A DNA stretch of 56,890 nt from an uncultured Collinsella sp. (GCA_900544225.1 UQUD01000001.1:1-56890), one strand, 5' to 3'. Shown: positions 19,954 to 31,159, numbered from the stretch's first letter. Translations and numbers: made by a program. The notes: a model not told the origin generated them from the sequence alone.

Positions 19954-20829
19954 CTACTTCCAAATTGCAAGCGCGGCGGTGCCCAGTACGATGAGGGCGA
20001 GACCGATGGCGCTGCGGCGGGAGAGTTTTTCGTTGAATGCCAGGCGCGCAAATAGCATCGATACGACAATCGATAGTTTGTCGATCTGCACCACGACACT
20101 CACCTGGCCTGCAGCGATGGCATAGTAATAGAGCAGCCACGATGCTCCAGTCGCGATGCCCGATGTTGCGAGAAATGTGAGTTCGCGCCGGTCAACGTGC
20201 GCGACCTGCTCCAGTTTTCCCTTGGCTGCCACGATTGCGCATGCCATAACCAGTACCACGCAGGTGCGGATTGCCGTGGCCAGGTTTGACTCAACGCCTT
20301 CGATGCCGATCTTGGCGAGGACGGAGGTGAGTGCCGCGAACACGGCGGCGCCGAGGGCGTAAGCGAGCCAGGTTCGGTCTTGCTGCTGCTCGGGTTCGGC
20401 GGACTGCTTCTTCTCGATCATTAAAAACGTGCCGAGGGTGATGACAGCGGTTCCCACGAGCTTAACCGCAAGGTTGCTCGTCTCGTCAAAAAGCGCGATG
20501 GCGACCAGCGCGGCGAGCACGGTGCTCATCTTGTCGACCGGTACGACCTTATTGACATTTCCGATGCTCAACGCCTTAAAGTAACAGATCCACGAAGCAC
20601 CGGTAGCGAGTCCCGAGAGGACGAGAAAGAGCCAGGATCTGGGTTCGATGCTGCCAATGGTTCCAATGGATCCAGAAATGCCCGCCATTGCCCAGGCGAA
20701 AACGAGCACCACGCAGGTGCGAATGGCCGTCGCGACATCGGAGTCGGTCTGCTTGATGCCGCATTTGGCCAAGATGGATGTGATGCCGGCAAAGAATGCT
20801 GACGCAAATGCTGCGACAACCCACGACAC
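19954..20829 (-). CDS. EamA/DMT family transporter
   Basis: Two internal EamA repeats (AILAK...ATAIRT...SGLATGASW...DK). Confidence 0.9.
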   Translation of the reverse strand: MSWVVAAFASAFFAGITSILAKCGIKQTDSDVATAIRTCVVLVFAWAMAGISGSIGTIGSIEPRSWLFLVLSGLATGASWICYFKALSIGNVNKVVPVDKMSTVLAALVAIALFDETSNLAVKLVGTAVITLGTFLMIEKKQSAEPEQQQDRTWLAYALGAAVFAALTSVLAKIGIEGVESNLATAIRTCVVLVMACAIVAAKGKLEQVAHVDRRELTFLATSGIATGASWLLYYYAIAAGQVSVVVQIDKLSIVVSMLFARLAFNEKLSRRSAIGLALIVLGTAALAIWK

Positions 20830-21103
20830 GGGTGCGGTACCTCCTTGGATAATGGGTTTATCCTGCGAGTTTTATGGACATGAGGATACCGCCCCACCAT
20901 GAAGGTTTGATATGGCCGCGGCGAGACGGGGGCCATGTTCCGGGGAACCATTTGGTTGAGGCTCGAATTGTCGATATGCTGTCGGCTTCTCTTTGGTTGC
21001 CAAGATTTAAACGGCATGCCGTGAAGGGCGGTAGCGACGTTGTCGCTGCTTCGTCTTATCTAGTAAATGAGGTGGCGTGCAGCCCAAGCCCTTTGGCTGT
21101 CGA

Positions 21104-21802
21104 TTACAGGTCGCGTGCCCGATAGACCTTGGTGCTGACGGCGCAGCTGATTGCACATAGCGCGAGGGCAAGTGCGGCGATGCCTGCACACAGACAGCTC
21201 AGAACGGCAGGATCGGGATTCGCTCCGGCAATCGACATGAGCCAGTTGCTGATGGGGTTGGAGGAGCTCAGCGTGGCCATGGTGCCGCAACCAAGCAGGG
21301 CAAACAGGCCAACGGATAGGCGCAGCGCCTCCATGTGACCAAATCGAAAGAACAGCGGCTGCGCCAAAAACACCATCATGAGGGAGATGAGCATTGATGC
21401 TGCTGAGGCTATTGCAATCTCAAAGACGATCTGTCCCGTCAACGGGATACCCGCGCTGTTGAAGAGCGGGAAGGAGACGATGCTCAGAAGCGCGGCGGCG
21501 CACGCCATGACGGCGGAGAAGACAATAACGCTCAGGTAGCGTGCGCGGATGATGTCTTTGCGCGAGAAGGGCAGCGTTGCCCGGTAGCGCTCCCAACCGT
21601 TTTGATTGTCGAAGCCGGCCAGCGAGCTCATGACCATGATGGGTGACATGGCACTGACCGCGCAGGCGCCAGCGCTCATGCCGGAATCGCCGTCCGATGC
21701 GTTGGCAAGGGTCAGCACGACGAATATGAACAAGCCGACACCCGCAATGCTTGGGGCAAGCGAGCGAACGATGGCGAGCTCGGACATAAGGGCGCGTTTC
21801 AT
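21104..21802 (-). CDS. ABC-2 type transporter permease
   Basis: GWERYRATLPFSRKDIIRARY, six TMs, coupled to the ATPase gene. Confidence 0.85.
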   Translation of the reverse strand: MKRALMSELAIVRSLAPSIAGVGLFIFVVLTLANASDGDSGMSAGACAVSAMSPIMVMSSLAGFDNQNGWERYRATLPFSRKDIIRARYLSVIVFSAVMACAAALLSIVSFPLFNSAGIPLTGQIVFEIAIASAASMLISLMMVFLAQPLFFRFGHMEALRLSVGLFALLGCGTMATLSSSNPISNWLMSIAGANPDPAVLSCLCAGIAALALALCAISCAVSTKVYRARDL

Positions 21803-22680
21803 TTCGAAGCCCCTTTCAGCGTGAGGCGAAGATAGTCATCAATGGTTGCCCGATCGCAGGGAATCTCGGGAAAGGCCTCGAGCGCTTCGTGACGGTTGGG
21901 CACGAGCACGTCCACGCTATAGGCGTGGTGGGCGGCACGGGCGCCTTCGACGCAAGCCATAAGCTCGGCGGCCTGTGCTTGGGTGCAGTGGGCGATGCCG
22001 GCGCGGTCGGTAATGTCCTCGCGCGGCAGGTCAAAAATAATCGAGCCATTTTCGATGCAGATGACGCGATCAGCGGTGCGATCGAGGTCGGACGTAATGT
22101 GGCTCGAGAGTAACACGCTGTGCTGGCCGTCGGCGACAAAGGCAAGCAGCTCATCAAGCAGTTCCTCGCGTGCCATGGGATCGAGGCCCGCGGTGGCTTC
22201 GTCCAAAACGAGCAGCTTGGCATTGTGGCTGAGTGCACAGGCAAGCTGCAGTTTCATGCCCATGCCGCGGGAGAGGTCCTTGACCTTTGTCTTGGGATCG
22301 AGGCCAAATCGGTTGATGAATCCGGCGAACGTTTCGCGGTCCCATGTGGGGTACGCCGGGCCTACGAGCGACTCGATCTGGCCCACCCTGAGCGTGGAGG
22401 GGAAGGGGCACGTGTCCAGGACAAGACCGACGCGGGAGCGTAGATGGCGTTGCGATTCATCGGGCGCGTCGGCGCCACAGCGCTGCCCAAACAGGTGCAC
22501 CTCGCCGGCATCGAGCTTTATAAGCCCGAGCGCGGCGCGAATGGTCGTTGTCTTGCCGGCGCCGTTTGCGCCTACAAAGTCAACGATCTGGCCGGGCTCC
22601 ACAGCGAGCGTGACGTCGCGTAGTGAAAAGCGGTCGCTCACACGGCGTGAGATGCCTTTGAGTTCTAAAAGGTTTTGCAT
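21799..22680 (-). CDS. ABC transporter ATP-binding protein
   Basis: GANGAGKTT, LSRGM, LDEATAGLD, SSHI. Confidence 0.92.
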   Translation of the reverse strand: MQNLLELKGISRRVSDRFSLRDVTLAVEPGQIVDFVGANGAGKTTTIRAALGLIKLDAGEVHLFGQRCGADAPDESQRHLRSRVGLVLDTCPFPSTLRVGQIESLVGPAYPTWDRETFAGFINRFGLDPKTKVKDLSRGMGMKLQLACALSHNAKLLVLDEATAGLDPMAREELLDELLAFVADGQHSVLLSSHITSDLDRTADRVICIENGSIIFDLPREDITDRAGIAHCTQAQAAELMACVEGARAAHHAYSVDVLVPNRHEALEAFPEIPCDRATIDDYLRLTLKGASK

Positions 22681-22703
22681 GGTATAGCCTTTCTTGCAGA
22701 TGG

Positions 22704-23084
22704 CTACTGCATGGTTTCGGGGGCTACCAGGTCGAGCATCTCGTGCAGTTTGTCGCGCGTGACGCCCAGGGTTTCGGCTTGGCTCGCCGCTTTCGCAAGT
22801 AGCTCTTCGATATGGCAGAGCTGGTTTTCGCGCAAGAGTTCCTGGTTGCCCTCGGCGACAAAGCAGCCCTTGCCCTGCACGGTGCAGATAAACCCGAGTT
22901 GCTCTAGGTCGGCGTAGGCGCGCTTGGTGGTGATGACGCTCACACCCAGGTCGCTCGCGAGTGCACGGATGCTGGGGAGTTTGGCTCCCGCAGTGAGCGT
23001 GCCCGAAAGGATTTGAGCTTTGACCTGCGAGGATATCTGTTCGTATATGGGCTTATCGCTCGAGTTGGATAGGATGATGTCGAC
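22704..23084 (-). CDS. GntR (YtrA subfamily) regulator with non-canonical GTC start
   Basis: Hand translation (V)DIILSNSSDKPIYEQISSQVK...LPSIRALASDLGVSVITTKRAY. AAGGAG lies 5 nt before GTC, with an in-frame TAA directly upstream. Confidence 0.8.
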   Translation of the reverse strand, partial: VDIILSNSSDKPIYEQISSQVKAQILSGTLTAGAKLPSIRALASDLGVSVITTKRAYADLEQLGFICTVQGKGCFVAEGNQELLRENQLCHIEELLAKAASQAETLGVTRDKLHEMLDLVAPETMQ

Positions 23085-23110
23085 AGCGGCTCCTTAGCTG
23101 TTGGCTACAC

Positions 23111-23161
23111 GTGTATATAACCGGTAAGCACAGTATATATACACTATGCACAGTTATGCAA
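23111..23161 (-). promoter_or_regulatory. promoter and YtrA-type operator of the gntR-ABC operon
   Basis: Minus strand TTGCAT-18-TATACT; inverted repeat GTGTATATA (23111-19) / TATATACAC (23136-44). Confidence 0.6.
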
Positions 23162-23209
23162 GAGCTAAATGTGGAATAGCCCATCGACGCCGCGCTTGCT
23201 CCAAAACAA

Positions 23210-23504
23210 TCTCAATCTGTAACATCTGGGTCCGTTTTTGGTCGCCAGCTGTTACAGATTGAGATGTTATTTTCCCGCCTGCCTATTTGTCTCAATCTGT
23301 AACAGTAAGAGTCGATTTGCGCGGCTAGATGTTACAGAACGAGACATTGGCTGCCTGCCTTTCCGTTTATCTCGATTTGTAACAGCTAGACCCAATTTGG
23401 GCGGTCAGGTGTTACAGATTGAGATTGTGCCGGCGGACAAGTTCGTTTGTCTCAATCTGTAACATCTGGGTCCGTTTTGAGTCGCCTGCTGTTACAGATT
23501 GAGA
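23210..23504. repeat. array of eight 15-bp repeats in alternating orientation with 25-bp spacers
   Basis: TCTCAATCTGTAACA at 23210, 23290, 23370 (2 mismatches), 23450. Reverse complement at 23250, 23330 (2 mismatches), 23410, 23490. Confidence 0.95.
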
Positions 23505-23649
23505 CAGTCTGCTGCAGAATACTTTCGATAACTAGCCGTTCACGTTCTGACTGATGAATTTGTCCTGATAGGCGCCCTAGAGCGGGATTTCGCGGCTACA
23601 ATAGTGCGGTTACAACGACGTAATGCACTCAATGCAAGAAAGGATCCGC

Positions 23650-25263
<1,614 letters not shown>

Positions 25264-25268
25264 CGCAT

Positions 25269-25303
25269 CGGCGCGGTGGCCCTGCGGGGCTGCCGCGCCG
25301 TTT
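25269..25303 (+). terminator. prfC terminator
   Basis: CGGCGCGGTGGCCC / GGGCTGCCGCGCCG hairpin followed by TTT. Confidence 0.7.
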
Positions 25304-25305
25304 GC

Positions 25306-25334
25306 TTGCCTGATGCCGTGTGAGCGGCTATCAT
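25306..25334 (+). promoter_or_regulatory. sigma70-type promoter
   Basis: TTGCCT-17 nt-TATCAT upstream of the VUT leader. Confidence 0.55.
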
Positions 25335-25363
25335 ACCCACCGTCGTCTCAAGACCGGGGCGTC

Positions 25364-25413
25364 CGAGCAGTTCGGGTCCGATATCCTGCTCGTTAAACCT
25401 AAAACCAAAGGAG
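25364..25413 (+). promoter_or_regulatory. candidate preQ1-type riboswitch
   Basis: Stem CGAGCAG/CTGCTCG, loop TTCGGGTCCGATATC, A-rich tail TTAAACCTAAAACC running into AAAGGAG RBS; upstream of a VUT-family transporter. Confidence 0.5.
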
Positions 25414-25419
25414 TACATA

Positions 25420-26142
25420 ATGATCAAGAAGGTCATGGAGGACTACAAGGTCCTGTTGCGGAGCATTCCCGCGGCAACGGTTTCGCTGTTTTTCGTGAGT
25501 GTCATCATGATGAACCTGCTGGCCAACAAAGAGCTCATCAGCCTGCCGTATCTGGCACTCGATTGCGGCTTTGTGGTGAGCTGGGTTTCGTTTTTGTGCC
25601 AGGACATGATCTGCAAGCGCTTTGGCGCCAAGGCATCCATCAAAATCTCTATCCTCGCGCTGTTGGTCAACCTGGCCGTGAGCCTGTGCTTTTGGGCATG
25701 CTCGCTCACGCCCGGTATGTGGGGCGCCTACTACGACACCGGCATGATCGAGGTCAACACTGCCCTTAACGCCACCATCGGCGGCACCTGGTACGTGGTG
25801 CTGGGCTCTTCGCTGGCAATGCTCGTTTCTGCCGTGGTTAACTCCACGCTTAACCAGTCGCTCGGCCGCATGCTCAAGAAGAATAACTTTGCGAGCTTCG
25901 CCTTCCGTTCCTATGTGTCCACGGGTGTTGGCCAGTTTATCGACAACCTGGTCTTTGCCATTGTAGTGAGCCACACGTTCTTTGGTTGGACCTGGGTGCA
26001 GGTTCTTATGTGCTCGCTGACCGGCGCTGTTGCCGAGCTACTGTGCGAGGTCTTCCTGAGCCCCGTGGGCTACAAGGTCGTGCGCGGCTGGGAGCGTGAG
26101 AATGTGGGCTCCGAGTACCTCGAGCGCCACGCAACCGCCTAA
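25420..26142 (+). CDS. VUT family (YhhQ-like) queuosine-precursor transporter
   Basis: MNLLANKE, SFLCQDMICKRFG, RSYVSTGVGQFIDNLVF; six TMs. Confidence 0.85.
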   Translation: MIKKVMEDYKVLLRSIPAATVSLFFVSVIMMNLLANKELISLPYLALDCGFVVSWVSFLCQDMICKRFGAKASIKISILALLVNLAVSLCFWACSLTPGMWGAYYDTGMIEVNTALNATIGGTWYVVLGSSLAMLVSAVVNSTLNQSLGRMLKKNNFASFAFRSYVSTGVGQFIDNLVFAIVVSHTFFGWTWVQVLMCSLTGAVAELLCEVFLSPVGYKVVRGWERENVGSEYLERHATA

Positions 26143-26151
26143 GGAGCAAGT

Positions 26152-26832
26152 ATGCGGGTTTTGATCACGGGTGCTTCGGGCGGTATCGGAGCCGCATGCG
26201 TGCAGCGCTTTTTGGACGAGGGCCACGAGGTCGCGGGCTTTGATCTGCTGCCGGCGGCAATCGAACACGAGCGCTACCGCCATCTGATCGTTGATGTCCG
26301 CGAACCGGACTCGTTTCCAGACGACCTTGAACCACAGGTAATCGTAAACGTTGCCGGTACGCAGGATTCGGCCGACGATATCGCCGCCAACCTGTGTGGC
26401 ACCATCAACGTGACCGAGCGCTATGCCTTTGTGGGGGAGGGGCTTGCCGCCAAGCCGGCGCCGACAATTCGCTCCGTGGTCAATGTGGGCTCGGCGAGCG
26501 GCCATACGGGATCGGAGTTTCCCGCCTATGCCGCCAGCAAGGGCGGCGTTATCGCCTACACCAAGAACCTTGCAAACCGTCTGGCGCCGCAGGCCATCGC
26601 CAACAGTGTGGACCCGGGCGGCGTTATCACGCCGCTCAACCGTTGCGTGATGGAAGACGAACACCTGTGGAGCCAGATTATGGAGCTCACGCCGCTTAAA
26701 CGCTGGGCCACCGCCCAGGAGATCGCCGAGTGGATCTACTTTGTGGGCCTGACCAACCGGTTTATGACCGGGCAGAGCCTGCTGATCGATGGCGGCGAGG
26801 CCGGCCGCACACAATTTATTTGGCCCGAATAG
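26152..26832 (+). CDS. short-chain dehydrogenase/reductase
   Basis: TGASGGIG, VNVAG, NVGS, YAASKGG, PGGVIT. Confidence 0.92.
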   Translation: MRVLITGASGGIGAACVQRFLDEGHEVAGFDLLPAAIEHERYRHLIVDVREPDSFPDDLEPQVIVNVAGTQDSADDIAANLCGTINVTERYAFVGEGLAAKPAPTIRSVVNVGSASGHTGSEFPAYAASKGGVIAYTKNLANRLAPQAIANSVDPGGVITPLNRCVMEDEHLWSQIMELTPLKRWATAQEIAEWIYFVGLTNRFMTGQSLLIDGGEAGRTQFIWPE

Positions 26833-26882
26833 GAAACGCGTCCGATGGAAAGCTGTCGGGCGCGCTTTTGATATATCGATTA

Positions 26883-27608
26883 TTAGCCGAGACAAGTCCA
26901 GTTGACGGGGGTCGAGCCGTGCTGTTCGAGTAGCCGATTAGCAGCGGAGAAGGGACGCGACCCCATAAAGGCGGGGAGTTCTGCCGTGGCACGGTTGGCC
27001 GAAAGCGGCGAGGGGTGCGTGGAGGCCAGGCAGAACTTGCCGGCTGCCTTTCCCGCACCAGTTGCGACGAGCTTGCCTTCGACCATCTGCTGGGCAAAGC
27101 GACCCCATGCCAAAAAGACTACCGGCTGGGGCAGCTGACAACAGCGTTCGATAACGTAGTCGGTGAGCGTGCTCCAGCCCAGTTTGGCGTGCGAGTTCGC
27201 GGCATGCTCGCGCACGGTGAGCGTAGTGTTGAGGAGCAGGACGCCCTGTTGTGCCCATGGGGTTAGGTCTCCCGTGGCGGGAATGGGGCAACCCAGATCG
27301 GCTTTGAGTTCCTTATAAATGTTGCGCAGGCTCGGCGGCAACTTGGTTTGCGTCGTGGGGACCGAAAACGACAGCCCCATGGCCTGGTTGGGTCCGTGAT
27401 AAGGATCTTGACCCAAGATGACAACCTTGACCTGGTCGGCCGGCGTGTAGGCGAGGGCATTGAGGATGTCGTCTTGTGCCGGGTAGATGGTTTGCTCGGC
27501 ACGCAAAAGGGCGATGCGCTCGAGCAGCTGGTTCGTAGTGTCACGTACCGGCTGCGGTGCATCGCCCAACCAAGTTGCTATGTTGCGGTCGCGGGTCGCG
27601 GCGTCCAT
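26883..27608 (-). CDS. ung: uracil-DNA glycosylase (family 1)
   Basis: GQDPYH, GLSFS, PPSLRNIYKEL, GVLLLN, HPSPLS. Confidence 0.96.
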   Translation of the reverse strand: MDAATRDRNIATWLGDAPQPVRDTTNQLLERIALLRAEQTIYPAQDDILNALAYTPADQVKVVILGQDPYHGPNQAMGLSFSVPTTQTKLPPSLRNIYKELKADLGCPIPATGDLTPWAQQGVLLLNTTLTVREHAANSHAKLGWSTLTDYVIERCCQLPQPVVFLAWGRFAQQMVEGKLVATGAGKAAGKFCLASTHPSPLSANRATAELPAFMGSRPFSAANRLLEQHGSTPVNWTCLG

Positions 27609-27696
27609 GGGGCTCCTTTACGTCAGATGCTCTGTTGACATCTATTGTAAAGGCGCACCGGTTGCCTTTATGCCACGGCTGTATGAGGAGTGGGGT

Positions 27697-28599
27697 CTAC
27701 GAGACGTGCTCGGGCGCTCCTGCCATGCGAGCCTGTCCATGTGCGCGAAGGTGCGGAAGTTCGACGGTTGCCACCATGACGCCGGTGAGGATGAGGGCGG
27801 CGCCAAAGAAGGCGATGGGGCTGAGGACCTCGCCGACCAGGAAGAACGAGAAGACGGCGGAGCATACCGGCTCGAGCGAGAAGGCGAAGCCGGTGGTCTC
27901 GGCAGGCACGTGGGGCTGCACGAGCGTTTGGGTGATAAAGCCATAGGCAGAGCAGATGAGTGCGAGCGCGACGACAACGACAATCTCGCTAGGCGTGCCG
28001 GGAAGCGTGAAACCGCCAAAGGTGAATGCGGCGATACCCGAGAATAAGCCGCCGAAGCCCAGCTGCCAAACGCCCAGAGCAAGCGGATCGACTTCCTCGA
28101 CAAAGCGCTTGGCCACGATAATGTGGCTGGCATAGATAAAAGCCGAGAGCAGCATGATGATTGCGCCGGGATTCAGGCTGGTAAAGTCGGCGCCCGAGAG
28201 CAGCAGCATGCCGCAGGTGACGATGGCGGTGCCGACGAGCACCTTGCGCTCGGGGGCGCGACGCAGCAGGGCTGCGTTGGCAAACGGCACGATTACGACT
28301 GTCAGGCTCTGCAAAAAGCCGGCGGTGGAGGCGGAGGTGAGGCTGGAGCCCAGGCACATGCACGTGAGCTCGGATGCCATGATGGCACCGATGATGGCGG
28401 CGCGAACCATAAGGTCGCGGTTGATGCGCAACGCGTGCTTGTGGAAGAGCAGCAGACAGGCCGCAAAGGCGATGATGCAGCGCAGCGCAACGATGCTCGT
28501 GGCGTTCATGCTGTCCATGCCGATCTTCATGAGGGGATACGAAAAGCCCCATGCGACGGGAACGGAAAATGAGAGCGCGATTGCTTTTTTGCGATCCAT
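27697..28599 (-). CDS. DMT/EamA family transporter
   Basis: WGFSY, ALR, SLEPV; ten TMs; divergent from LysR. Confidence 0.88.
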   Translation of the reverse strand: MDRKKAIALSFSVPVAWGFSYPLMKIGMDSMNATSIVALRCIIAFAACLLLFHKHALRINRDLMVRAAIIGAIMASELTCMCLGSSLTSASTAGFLQSLTVVIVPFANAALLRRAPERKVLVGTAIVTCGMLLLSGADFTSLNPGAIIMLLSAFIYASHIIVAKRFVEEVDPLALGVWQLGFGGLFSGIAAFTFGGFTLPGTPSEIVVVVALALICSAYGFITQTLVQPHVPAETTGFAFSLEPVCSAVFSFFLVGEVLSPIAFFGAALILTGVMVATVELPHLRAHGQARMAGAPEHVS

Positions 28600-28757
28600 G
28601 GGACTCCTTTTGTTACAGAACGGTTTCGCACAAAGGATTCTGCTCTCAGATGTGGATGTAGTAAAGCGAATGTATCTTCAGTATGATTAAGAAATGCTAA
28701 AGTATGTGCGAAAAGCGCTGGCAAAACGTTTTACGGCTGCATTGATGTGGAGGCACG

Positions 28758-29624
28758 ATGGCATCGCGGTATCAGATTGTTTGTATGGTGGTCGATCGCG
28801 GCAGTCTGAAACGTGCAGCGGACGAGTTGGGCTATACGCAAAGTGCGGTGAGCCAGGCCGTCAAGGCGCTCGAGCGCGAGCTGGGCACCACGCTTATCGA
28901 GCGCGGAAAGCAGGGCGTTTCGCTTACGCGCGATGGCAAGCAGTATCTGCCGTACCTGCGCCAGATTGTGACCGCCGAGGCCGAGCTCGAGGGCAAGCGC
29001 CAGGAGCTGCTGGGGCTTTCGTCGACCGATATTCGCATCGCGACGTTTACCAACGTGAGCCGTACCGTGCTGCCGCGTGTGATCCGCGACTTTGGTACGC
29101 TGCACCCGGGCGTACGCTTTACCCTCAAGCAGGGCGATTACACGCGCAACGCTCAGTGGGTGCACGACGGCGTGGTGGATTTTTGCTTTACGGCGCGCGG
29201 GTTTACCGCAGGCCTCGAGAAGCGTGTGGTCTATCACGACGAGTTGGTGGCGCTGCTGCCGGCTGCGCATCCGCTGGCGGCAAAGGAAAAGGTGACGCTC
29301 GCCGACCTGGCGTCCGAGCCCTTTGTGCTGCTGGATGAGGGCGAACAGAGCCTGGTGCTCGATGCATTTGCGACACATGGGCTGTCGCCGCACGTGACGA
29401 GTGAGGTGACTGACGACTACACCATCATGGCGATGGTGGAGGAGGGCCTAGGCGTGAGCATGCTCTACCGTCGTACTGTGGAGGGCATGCGAGCCGATAT
29501 TCGTGTGCGACCCATCGTGCATGCTCCCTCGCGCGACGTAGTGGCAGCTTGGCGCAGCTGGGATACCATGCCTATCGCCACGAGGCGCTTTATCGACTAT
29601 ATGAGCTCGCATATTGTCAATTAA
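28758..29624 (+). CDS. LysR family regulator
   Basis: AADELGYTQSAVSQAVKALERELG; LysR substrate-binding domain. Confidence 0.93.
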   Translation: MASRYQIVCMVVDRGSLKRAADELGYTQSAVSQAVKALERELGTTLIERGKQGVSLTRDGKQYLPYLRQIVTAEAELEGKRQELLGLSSTDIRIATFTNVSRTVLPRVIRDFGTLHPGVRFTLKQGDYTRNAQWVHDGVVDFCFTARGFTAGLEKRVVYHDELVALLPAAHPLAAKEKVTLADLASEPFVLLDEGEQSLVLDAFATHGLSPHVTSEVTDDYTIMAMVEEGLGVSMLYRRTVEGMRADIRVRPIVHAPSRDVVAAWRSWDTMPIATRRFIDYMSSHIVN

Positions 29625-29651
29625 TGACTGGCGTGGCGTTGAGTGCGGTGT

Positions 29652-31034
29652 CTAGCGGGCTGTCGCTTTGGCTTGGGTGGCGCGATAGGTGCGTGCCGGG
29701 TGGCAAAGTAGTACCGCCACGACCATAAAGAACGCCGTGGTGCCCAGGCTGATGGGGTAGACCATCATGATGTTCGCAAAGGTGCGGAAGTGCGGGAACA
29801 CGCAGAACACCCAATAGAAGCGGATGCCGCAGACGCAGATCATGGTGATGAGGGCGGGCGTGAGCGAGATACCAAAGCCGCGTAGGTAGCCGGACATGTT
29901 TTCGTAGAACATGCTAAAGGCGTACGCCGGGAAGATCGAACACACGCGGATATAGCCGATCGAGACGATGTTGGGATCGCTGTTGAACAGCGACAAGATC
30001 TCGCGCCCCAGGCCGACAATAACGATGATCGTGGTGAGTGCAACGATACCGCCTTCGACCAGGCAGACCTTGAGCGTTTTGGTGCAGCGGTCGATCTGGC
30101 GGGCACCGTGGTTTTGTCCCACAAAGGTGGTGCAAGCCTGGCTAAAGCTGTTGAGCAGGTTGTAGCATACGTACTCCAAGCTCATAGCGGCGCTCGATGC
30201 CGCCATGACCTCGGTGCCCAGGCTGTTGATAGCAGACTGGATGATGATGTTGGCGACGGCAAAGACGGCGCTCTGGATGCCGGCGGGCAGGCCGATCTTG
30301 ACGATGCGCTTGAGGGCGACGGGGTCGATAGCCAGGTCGCGCGGGGTGACGCGGACGACGGAGTCGGTCTTGAGCAGGCGGATAAAGAGCGTAGCGGCGC
30401 TGACGGTGTAGGCGATGGCGGTGGCGATGGCGACGCCCGCGACGCCCCAGTGGAGTACGGGGACAAAGATGAGGTCCAGGCCAATGTTGAGGACGGTGGA
30501 CACGGCAAGCGCCTGCAGCGGCATGCGGGTGATGCCGACGGAGCGGAAGATCGCGGCCTCAAAGTTGTAAAGCAAGATCGAGGGCATGCTGAGCAAAAAG
30601 ACGCGTAGGTAGAGCGAAGCGAGCGGCATGGTTTCGGCGGGAACGTTGAGCGCGGCGAGCATGGGCTCGGCAAAGATCTCGCCCAGTGCGATGACGACAA
30701 AGCCCACAAGTGCCATAAGAATCGAGGTATGGACGGCGCGTTTGACCATGTTCTGATCGTTGCGGCCGATAGCGTTGGCGATGACCACGTTGGAGCCAAG
30801 CGACATGCCAATAAACAGGTTGAGCATAAGACTGGTAAGCGGAACATTGGAGCCGACCGCCGCCATGGCGAGGGTTCCCTGGTCGCCCGAGAAGTTACCG
30901 ATGATGACCGTGGCGATGAGGTTCGACAGTTGCTCCAAGATGCTCGTGGCGGCCACAGGGAAGGCGAACAGGGGAACATTGCGCCACAGCGATCCGGTGG
31001 TCATGTCAATGTGCTTAGATACGGTGTCAGCCAT
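29652..31034 (-). CDS. MATE family efflux transporter
   Basis: DMTTGS, NIGLDLIF, GVAGVAIAT, FVGQNHGA; 12 TMs. Confidence 0.93.
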   Translation of the reverse strand: MADTVSKHIDMTTGSLWRNVPLFAFPVAATSILEQLSNLIATVIIGNFSGDQGTLAMAAVGSNVPLTSLMLNLFIGMSLGSNVVIANAIGRNDQNMVKRAVHTSILMALVGFVVIALGEIFAEPMLAALNVPAETMPLASLYLRVFLLSMPSILLYNFEAAIFRSVGITRMPLQALAVSTVLNIGLDLIFVPVLHWGVAGVAIATAIAYTVSAATLFIRLLKTDSVVRVTPRDLAIDPVALKRIVKIGLPAGIQSAVFAVANIIIQSAINSLGTEVMAASSAAMSLEYVCYNLLNSFSQACTTFVGQNHGARQIDRCTKTLKVCLVEGGIVALTTIIVIVGLGREILSLFNSDPNIVSIGYIRVCSIFPAYAFSMFYENMSGYLRGFGISLTPALITMICVCGIRFYWVFCVFPHFRTFANIMMVYPISLGTTAFFMVVAVLLCHPARTYRATQAKATAR

Positions 31035-31095
31035 ACGCTCTCAATCTCTAACATGCTCTTTTGTGCTTATTTGCGCAGACGATGATACTCCTAAT

Positions 31096-31159
31096 CGCCT
31101 AGTCATTGGGGACGTTCTAAAACGATTACTCATTCAAGAACGTCCCCAATGACTAGGCG
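31096..31159. repeat. REP-like palindrome, TTGGGGACGTTCT family
   Basis: CGCCTAGTCATTGGGGACGTTCT...AGAACGTCCCCAATGACTAGGCG. Confidence 0.9.

Noticed and set aside
23210..23504. CRISPR array
   Set aside because: Repeats are only 15 bp and alternate in orientation, spacers are related to one another, and no cas gene is in the window.
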